A stretch of DNA of 49,290 nt from Neoechinorhynchus agilis (taxonomy: Eukaryota; Animalia; Acanthocephala): NCBI GenBank assembly GCA_051530055.1, contig JBMGUZ010000015.1, positions 1 to 49,290 on the forward strand, given 5' to 3'. Within the stretch, counting starts at the first letter, position 1. Each line of letters opens with the position of its first letter. The translations under genes were made by a program, and so were the position numbers. Shown here piece after piece: positions 33,641 through 42,604 of the stretch. The notes under the pieces were generated by a model. It had not been told where the DNA came from. It made no database searches and worked only from the letters and a program-made list of their open reading frames with translations.

Positions 33641-34180
33641 GCAACGTAAATGGCATTAGAGAATTCACCATTGCTGGTATCTATCGCCCTCCTGCCTCTC
33701 GTCCTGAGTCCTCTTTACATAAACTGGTTTCCATGATGGAACTCATAAACTCTGCAAATTTACACCATTTCTAAATTGCAGGGGACTTCAATGATCTATT
33801 TCTTCCTCTACCATTCTCCGAGTTGCGTCAACTTATTAATTTCCCAACTCGTCTTGACGCTCACCTCGACAAAGTGTTCACAAATATCAACGCCCACTAT
33901 TCCGCCCTTAAACTCCCTCCCCCACACGCGAACTCTGATCACTCTTTTGCCTTTATCACTCCCTCAACCCCACCTCAGCGTACTAAATCTCCCCGTTTAC
34001 CCGTCTGGAATAAACGTGAACATCACACCCAAAATTTTATAAAATTGTTTAACTCTAACATCCACACGTCCCACTGATAAAACAAATGACCCTTCCTTGG
34101 CAACGTCCTCCCTAACCTTAATCATAGAAAATTCCCTAACCACGACAATTCCAAAGAAATTCAATAGAATCTCCAACCTT
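33641..34180 (+). pseudogene. CR1/L2-type AP endonuclease fragment (module copy 2)
   Basis: IAGIYRPP...*IAGDFND...QLINFPTRLDAHLDKVFTN...NSDH. Confidence 0.75.
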
Positions 34181-35266
34181 GACGAGTTCAGTACCTAACT
34201 TGCTTGCCAAGTAGTTAAACATTGAGGCCTATAGGCAACAACAATAGTGCTTTTTGGGACACGAAATGCATCAATATTCATTTCCTATACTGCCCAGGAG
34301 ATTATCTTATAAAGTTTATGCAGAATGCCAAAGTGCCACTTGGATTTCTATTTTAATCAACAGCTTACGGACTACAACTCGATATTCTTGGAAATAACGC
34401 AAAGGTCCATTTTCATTGATCTATAGGAAACGACGAGTTTAGTACCTAACTTACTTGATAAGTAGTTAAATATTGAGGCCTATTGGCAACAACAATAGTG
34501 CTTTTTTGGACACGAAATGCATCAATATGCACTTCCTATACTGCACGGGAGATTATCTTATAAAGTTTATGCAGAATGGTAAAGTACCACTTGGATTTCT
34601 ATTTTAATCAACAACTTACGGACTACAACTCTATATTCTTAGAAATAATGCAAAGGTCCATTTTCATTGATCTATGGGAAACGACGAGTTTGTTACCTTA
34701 CTTACTTGCTAAGTAGTTAAACATTGAGGCCTATAGGCAACAACAGTGCTTTTTGGGACACGAAATGCATCAATATTCACTTCCTATACTGCACGGGAAT
34801 TTATCGTATAAAGTTTATGCAGGACGCTAAAGTACCACTTGGATTTCTATTTTAATCACGGCTTACGGACTACAACTCGATATTCTTAGAAATAATGCAA
34901 ACATCCATTTTCATAGATCTATGGGAAACGATGAATTTAGTAGCTTACTTACTTGCTAAGTAGTTAAACATTGAGGCCTATTGGCAACAACAATAGTGCT
35001 TTTTGGGACCCGAAATGCATCAATTTGCACTTCCTATACTGCACGGGAGATTATCTTATAAAGTTTATGCAGAATGCTAAAGTACCACTTGGCTTTCTAT
35101 TTTAATCAACAGATTACGGACTACAACTTGATATTCTTAGAAATAATGCAAACGTCCATTTTCATTGATCTGTTGGAAACGACGAGTTTAGTACCTTACT
35201 TTCTAAGTAGTTAAACATTGAGGCCTAAAGTCAACAACAATAGTGCTTTTTGGGACCCGAAATGCA
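34181..35266 (-). repeat. SatA, partial monomer plus ~4 monomers between module copies 2 and 3
   Basis: Begins mid-monomer at gacgagtt and ends gaaatgca immediately before the module start tccgtcaggaaattgg. Confidence 0.95.
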
Positions 35267-37808
35267 TCCGTCAGGAAATTGGTTTCGGAAGTAACAACAA
35301 AAGCATGGGCGTTAACGCGTAATGTAAAGTAATTAAAAGTAATGGGTTCTTTGTTTAGTTCATTAAAGCCTTTGAAAATCAAGGATTTTTAAGTACTTTA
35401 ATTATAATTAATCTGTTTGATTAGTGATGCCTATCTGCATTACATCAATGTCGGCTTCTTGATCTCGCGATATGATTGGTTGCACAAATTTATTGAGTGT
35501 AGTGAATCGCGCTGATTGGTTGCGCAACGCACTGTGGGAGCCTATTTATCATACCATTGAACCCGAATTGTATACATCGCTAATATCTTGGCATATCGTG
35601 CTAACGACCTAAACAGCTACGTTCTTAAACTCAACTTTCTACATCGGGTCATTACTATAATCTACTAATATTTAACGATCTGATCGCTTCCTTAAACGAA
35701 CATCTATTCAACGGCAACAAACGCGATCACCATTGCAAATCATTTTATCTTGCACAAATGTCGGACAAAAGAACCCAATTGAGAATCGATCCAAGAACTG
35801 GGGAATACTACATTCCTAGTTACCTACGAAGCGATGGAACTTGGACAGAAAGGATCGTCTTCCGACCGGCCAGAATTAACAATGAGCAACAGCGCTCAAA
35901 TAATACTATTAGCTCAAATGCCACTATAAATGAAAATTTAAATCATGACTCGCAGCAAAGATCAAACCGAACCAGGAGTGTTCCAAGACCGAATCAAATT
36001 AACTATGCAAATAGAAATTCTCGTGGATCGGCACCTCTCGCTCGCTATCAACCTGATCGAAGCAAAAATGAACTTTCGAGGAGCAACAGTGCAACATACT
36101 CGGTATTTCGGTCCGGACACCAAAACAAAAATTCTGGAAATAGTGGCACAAATGTAGAAGGTGCAAATTATCAAAATCGTGCCAGAAGCGTACAGAGAGC
36201 TCTTCAAATAAATTCGCCTCGCGGAAATGGGCACGAAGAAGAGTCCACTTCAAGATTTCAAACTGCGACACTTAATAGTGCTATAAACACAGCGGGACAC
36301 TTCAACGACTCAGGGAGCCATAGGGCTCAATTCGTCCAGAATCACCAAAATCCCACGCTACAACAACCACAAACAACAACCAATACTACTATCGGCCAAT
36401 CGATCAATTTCGGCGGCATACAAAATGTTAACATGATTGGTGGCTTCCCGGCCCAACGATTCACCCAATTACCTTTTGGACAAACAATACAGCCAATGCC
36501 TCAACTTATCGCCAATATGCAGGCATTATCTTTGGGGAATCAAGTTGGACTAATTTATCCATTAAATCAACCCAATGCGGCTTATGGATTAGGGTGCGGT
36601 GCAACCGGTGTTAATCAATTTCCTTCGGGATTTCTGCTGCCACATCAACTACAAAGGATCCCAAATACATTTAATGCACCCAATCACACCTCTGAGGCGG
36701 ATAAACCAATTGATGAGGGAGAAGCTTTAAAAATCCAGCCGAAAAAAGATCATCTTCTCTCGACTAAACTATATATCAACCGGAAAAACGGCGACCATGA
36801 GGAAAAGGTCCCAGTCATTGTGGAATTGAGCATCCGCGCCGACGACCAAACAAACAGTGGACTTCGAAAATGCACAAAGGGCGGAATTAAGAATTCTTCT
36901 TTGCGGCCACGACATCGAGATAATTCAAATATTCCCAGTTATTTATGGACTTATCTGCGTCCCGCTCAAAGGGATTACATAAAAAACAACAAAGTTGAAG
37001 GAGAGCCCGGCGATATAGAAGATATCGAAGACGTTGTCTTTGCGTTGGAACGTGAGGAAGAGATGCCGCCGATTCCGGAAAAATTTACTATTGTTATCCA
37101 AAAGCCCGAAAAGGAACAGAAAATTCCTGAATGGTTTGCCTGCCACAACGACGAACAATGGCAGGATATCGGCGATGAAACTTTTATGGAAGAGTTTCTA
37201 ATGGGCGATGATGATATGGAGATCCTAAAATTGAATGCCGATACACTGAACACTAATAACAAAGACATGGCCTTTATTATGAAGTCATTGGCCAATAGTA
37301 AAGTGCACATTGAAGCTGTCACCATTGTAAATGATAAAGAAGATAAAGACAGTGAAAATAATTCAGATGAACAGAACTGAAGAAATACGGAGGCTAAATA
37401 AAGAAGAAACGATTAACTCGGCAGGAAAATAAACCAGGATGCTCAAAATGGGAATATCGAAATTTGCGAAAAAAAATGAAGAGTGATCGAACAAACTTTC
37501 GCTGTTTTTTGATGTGCTTAAATAAAAAAATTAAAATCAAGTGTTTCAAATGGGCATTGATTTTCACTTGTCGCCTATTAAGCAAATAATTTTAGGGGTA
37601 TTTGTAGGCACTTAAGATTTAAAAAATGATTTATTATTCTGGAGCGTTAAAAATTTATACAAGTTTGTTTTGTTTAGTATTTAGCGAAAAAATAGGAATA
37701 TTTATTGAATAAAATGGATTCAAATAAATATTTACTTACAGATATTGGGAAGACTAAAAAAGGTTAAAAATACATAGCTTCAAATTTAAAACACCTCGAG
37801 TGTTATTT
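35267..37808 (+). mobile_element. Module U copy 3, 3'-truncated (tandem to copy 2, period 8421 bp)
   Basis: Matches the first ~2.5 kb of copy 2; homology ends at ctcgagtgttattt (~37808). Confidence 0.85.
35758..37380 (+). CDS. Module ORF540 copy 3
   Basis: Intact 540 aa with several private substitutions. Confidence 0.78.
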   Translation: MSDKRTQLRIDPRTGEYYIPSYLRSDGTWTERIVFRPARINNEQQRSNNTISSNATINENLNHDSQQRSNRTRSVPRPNQINYANRNSRGSAPLARYQPDRSKNELSRSNSATYSVFRSGHQNKNSGNSGTNVEGANYQNRARSVQRALQINSPRGNGHEEESTSRFQTATLNSAINTAGHFNDSGSHRAQFVQNHQNPTLQQPQTTTNTTIGQSINFGGIQNVNMIGGFPAQRFTQLPFGQTIQPMPQLIANMQALSLGNQVGLIYPLNQPNAAYGLGCGATGVNQFPSGFLLPHQLQRIPNTFNAPNHTSEADKPIDEGEALKIQPKKDHLLSTKLYINRKNGDHEEKVPVIVELSIRADDQTNSGLRKCTKGGIKNSSLRPRHRDNSNIPSYLWTYLRPAQRDYIKNNKVEGEPGDIEDIEDVVFALEREEEMPPIPEKFTIVIQKPEKEQKIPEWFACHNDEQWQDIGDETFMEEFLMGDDDMEILKLNADTLNTNNKDMAFIMKSLANSKVHIEAVTIVNDKEDKDSENNSDEQN

Positions 37809-38114
37809 AAAAATCGACTGCGACCCGAAATCTTAATCATTTGTCGCCCACCTGATCAGTAAAAATTGATTTTAGTACTTTTGATACATTTACCTGCATA
37901 AGAAAACCAAAAGAAAAATTCGCGAATTTATTTGGCGATAAATTTTAAATTGATTTTTTATTAGCAAGTAAAATAAGAAACTATATTAATTTGAAAGGCT
38001 ATATTGATAAACGATGTGTAATAAATCGATATTCGTTGTGGTTTAAAAATATCGTAAGATTTCAACGATTCACCCCAAAAATTTGAGGACAAACGGTATA
38101 TAAACATTCCATTT

Positions 38115-38615
38115 GTGAATGGCATTTTGAACGAAAAATTAAATAACCGTATCGTTAATGGATATGGTAACAAAAACATGAAGGCAGTTACTTATACGAC
38201 AAAACAAAAAACTCTCAGTGCCCTCATAGGTTCTGCAAGAGATGACCCACCGCATGGTGTTGTCGACGATATACATTGTGGGGATTGTAGTAAGTCCTAA
38301 ATTGGACAAACTAACAATCTTCCACGCAGAATCTATGAACATAAATATGCACTGAAGCGATGTAATGGAAATTCAGCGATTGTCAATCACGTCAATACTA
38401 CAGGTCATTCCATCAATTTTGACGATGTCAAAATCTTGATGCGTAGTGACGATTGATATTCGCGTGTTATCGTCGAATCGATACACATTCACGATCGCGA
38501 CACGATGGAAGGCAACAGCTGATTACCAGTTGAAATTGCGGACTGGGATTACCTAACTTCTCCTTTTTTAGATATCCTGACGAAGACCCACGAAAGGGTC
38601 GAAAATTCGAATTCA
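38115..38615 (+). mobile_element. Penelope-like element 3' fragment (decayed GIY-YIG endonuclease followed by a hammerhead)
   Basis: GVVDDIHCGDCSKS*IGQTNNLPRRIYEH...SAIVNH...GHSINFDDVKIL...ES. Confidence 0.85.
38577..38614 (+). ncRNA. Type-I hammerhead ribozyme motif of the PLE 3' end
   Basis: CTGACGA-A, stem II GACCC/GGGTC, GAA, 10-bp palindromic stem III AATTCGAATT, cleavage triplet UUC; stem I is weak. Confidence 0.7.
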
Positions 38616-39130
38616 ATTGGCAATTTAATTTAATTTTAATAAATTCACCAATATTTAAAGTTGAAAAAAGAAAACTCGAAAAAAGGTATTGTGCACGAGT
38701 TGAAAGACGGCGCATGGAGAATCCACGCCCAGCACCCTGCTATATTTTTAAGCTTCAGCGATTATAAGTAGGAATCAGCTTTGAATTTTATTAAAAGTCC
38801 CTTTCGAGGAACCTAAGAGTTATTTCTAGCAATCATAACTGATTTGACCCATGTTTAAGAGACGATTGACCAAGGATAAAATATTGTTCATGAAATTTAA
38901 GGAGCTTTTAGTCGTATTAGCAACTATCTATGCATTGTAATGGTGAATAAGAATAAATCATTTAAATAGACCAAAGAATGAACAAATTTGTGTTTCACAA
39001 AACCTTTCATTTCCAAAATTCTTGATGACATCTTTATGGTAAATGGAATTTAAAAATTGAACAAGTCACATTTTCATGAGTAAGATAAAGCGTCTTCACT
39101 CTCTTCCTGTGTCATTGGTATTAATTGTTG

Positions 39131-39276
39131 AATTAATCTCTTAAGGGATTATTGTTACTTTAAGCGAGTTATTTATTCCCAATTTTACTATTCTTAGAAG
39201 TAACATTTTTGATCCACGAGGAAATATCGTTGACATTACTTTCCAACATTGCCGAAGAATCCGATCTAATTTCAAT
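39131..39276 (-). pseudogene. 146-bp duplicate of the AK6 3' end
   Basis: Near-identical to 21682-21827 (last codons, stop and start of 3' UTR). Confidence 0.9.
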
Positions 39277-40330
39277 CGCACATCAAGGATGGATCTACGT
39301 TTACGATTGAGATCAGGAAAATTAACGTTAACCACCACGGAATATTTACGACCGATGCGAACGCTCTGTTCACCAATGTCACGTTGACTAAAACGATCGA
39401 ATTATCGGCTATGTTACTATCGAAGAATTGTAGTGAACTACGTTTGGACCCTGGTACGTGGCAGTCCCTTATTCAATGGTGCACGAGCATGACTGCCTTT
39501 GAACATGAGGAGCTTCATAGTCATGTAAATCGGCGGTGGCGTTATGTGGACGATGTATTCATTTTGACTGATTCAAACAACAACAGAGATTTACTAAATG
39601 CTGAACTTAACAATCAAGATCCACACATACAGTGGACAGCCAAAGAAGAGAACAACAACGGTGATGTCTCTTTCCTGGACGTCCTGGTAAAGCGGTCGGC
39701 ACAAGGCAAAGTTGGCACGTCACTTTATCGTAAGGAGAATCTACTATGCGGACCACCACACTGGTCAACTCAAAAACCGATGAAGTATAAAATCTCGGTT
39801 GTAATGTCCTCCTTCCGAAGAGCTTTTCTTATCTCATCTACTCGATTGGCGTGGAGTAAAGAAAAGGGAGAGGATAGTCCAGGAGCTAAAAATGAGGGGA
39901 TATCCCAAATGGATTATAGACCGTGGAATCAGAGGCAGAAACTATCATCCGCAAAACAACAAAAAATCGTCTGCAGAGCCTGTATGCTTCGAAAGAGTGC
40001 ACTTCATTGATATGACACGAATCAAATGATTTACTCCATTATAAGTTAAGAAGGCTGGAATTCGTCTATACAATACTAAAGGAATCGCTCTCAGAAGCAC
40101 ATTCAAGAAGAAGGGTAGAATTGAGCTGACTCATGGGATCTACCGAATGCACTGTGAACAGTGTGAGAAAGTCTATATCGGACAAACGATGCAAGGCATC
40201 GAGAAGAGGGTCGCTCAACATAAGCAAGTCTGCAGTCGATTTTAGCATTCGTCGGCAATCTCTAATCATCAAGAGACATGTAAGCATCGAGTGGATTTTG
40301 GTGGAACCAACTTACCACAATGGCGTTCTA
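39277..40330 (+). mobile_element. Penelope-like element, RT plus GIY-YIG, internally deleted and frameshifted
   Basis: HIKDG..F, DANALFTNV, RYVDDVF, SFLDVLVKR, TSLYRK; GIYRMHCEQCEKVYIGQT...KRVAQH. Confidence 0.9.
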
Positions 40331-41663
40331 CTTTTAATGTATTTTAAACAATTATTCGACGTTAAATCAAACGTATTTAATCACAACTTTAGATATTTTC
40401 TTGCCCATCGCTTTAAACTCTCCAGGTGCGGCAATTATTTGAAATCTTATGATCTCACAGACAATCAATTATCGGTTTTTATGAATTTCGTTGCATTGAG
40501 CGAAATATAATTGATTCTTAGATACAAAAATAATCATGAACGGTCATTGGACCGACACTTTGTCGTGAGGATCAATCATGCCGCTTCAAGGACGTTGAAA
40601 TAAATTTCGACGGTAATTTGCTCATGCAAATTGACACCAATGGTTACAAGGTCAAGAGAAAGAGACCATGCAAAGATAAACGTGTGAGTTGTTGATAACT
40701 TGAAATAAATTTCGATTTCATGTGATTTTCATTTGATTGCGGCATAAGCGATAGTCCAGAGTTAATAGCTTATAATTTGAAGAGAAACCTCAAAGATAGT
40801 TACTATGCACGCGTCGAGGGACGGTGCATGGGAAATCTCTTGTAGACCCTGTGATCTACAAATTTGTTGTATCTCTCGCGCTTCTCAAATTATTTATAGC
40901 ATCATAACCAGCCATCTCAAAGATGAAACTTGAGTAAAGGAAAATTGCATTTCGCAGGAGACATTCATTGTAAGGTTCAACAAAATTAGCTCTAGCACTG
41001 AATTATATGAAGTCGAATCAATCAAAAAAGAAGCTTTGTGTTGACAGGGGCGATACTTGTTGAGAACTATATCCCAAAATCGTATTACAAGAGTTTTTGT
41101 TTAGAAGGGTTTATTTTTATTTTTTTTTCCAAAAACTCTGCGTATAAAATTCTTATCTACGATCATTTGCAATTTTTTCGTAATTAGTGCGGTATTATTC
41201 TTTAATATCCACCTTTCTCGTTCTTGGAACCATGTAGTCTTATCTCATGTCGAATGCATAACTTATTTAAACTGATCATAAGAGGGTATTTATGCCATCA
41301 AAGGCCATGGACGAATTCCAAAGCGCTTAATTAACACCGGAAGCGAAACATAAGGAACAGCTTCTCTAACTCGTGCTATGATTGGCTACATAAATGAATA
41401 AAGCATAGCATATCGCGCTGATTGGTCGCGCAACGCACTGTGGGAGCCTATTTATCGTACCATTGAACCCGAATTGTATGCATCGCCAATAACTTGGTAT
41501 ATCGTACTAACGACCTAAACAGCAACGTTCTTAAGCTCAACTTTCTACATCGAGCCATTATTATAATCTACTGATATTTAACGATCTGATCGCTTCCTTA
41601 AACGAACATCTATTTAACGGCAACAAACGCGATCACCTTTGCAAATCATTTTATCTTTCACAA

Positions 41664-42600
41664 ATGTCGGAAAAAAGACCCAATTGAGAATCGATCCAAG
41701 AACTGGGGAATACTACATTCCTAGTTACCTACGAAGCGATGGAACTTGGACAGAAAGGATCGTCTTCCGACCGGCCAGAATTAACAATGAGCAACAGCGC
41801 TCAAATAATACTATAAGCTCAAATGCCACTATAAATGAAAATTTAAATCATGACTCGCAGCAAAGATCAAACCGAACCAGGAGTGTTCCAAGACCGAATC
41901 AAATTAACTATGCAAATAGAAATTCTCGTGGATCTTCACGTATCAATCGCCATAAACCAAAGAAGAAACAGTGCTACACTACACAGTTCGGTCAGAAATT
42001 CACCAATGAATAATAGAACTAATAATGGAATGCTTCAAATCGTGCAAGAAATGTACCGAGGGTTCATCAAATGCGCAGCGAAATATAAATATCCAGCTAT
42101 AAGCATGAGCTCAGTTAACTATTTGAAACAGCGCCGCCAAATAAATTTGAAGCCACAGCAGGACACCACAGCGACTCGGCAGATCAAAGGATTCTATTCG
42201 TCCAAAGTCGTGAAAATCCCACGAAACGACAAATACAAACAACCAATAATGCTATCTGCCAGGTTATAAATTTCCGCAGTATGTAAAGTGCTAACCTGAC
42301 CGGTAGCTTTCCAGCACGCGAATGGTTAAACTACCTCTTGGACAAGCAATGCAGCAAATGCCTCAACTAATCGTTAATATGCAGGAAATATCGTTCGAGG
42401 AATCAGGTTGGAAAAATTTATCAAGGAAATCAAATCCATGCTGAAGAGGATTTGGGTGACCGAGAATCTCGGGTAATCAATTTCTTCGCGATTTGAGATG
42501 TAACATAAACCACAAAGGAGCCAAAGCGAATCGAACGCACCGAATATTAACCGTGGATAGGAAAAATAAATTGATAAAAGGTAACTGATAAAAATTATCA
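41664..42600 (+). pseudogene. ORF540 pseudogene (copy 4): young 5' part, old diverged 3' part
   Basis: 1-bp deletion at codon 6 (agacccaattg versus agaccccaattg). Near-identical to copies 1-3 up to ~41935, then a collinear but heavily diverged match with stops. Confidence 0.8.
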
Positions 42601-42604
42601 AGGT

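Larger units (their letters stand above)
26846..34180 (+). mobile_element. Module U copy 2 (full, plus orientation)
   Basis: Inverted near-identical match to 3027-10319. Confidence 0.85.
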
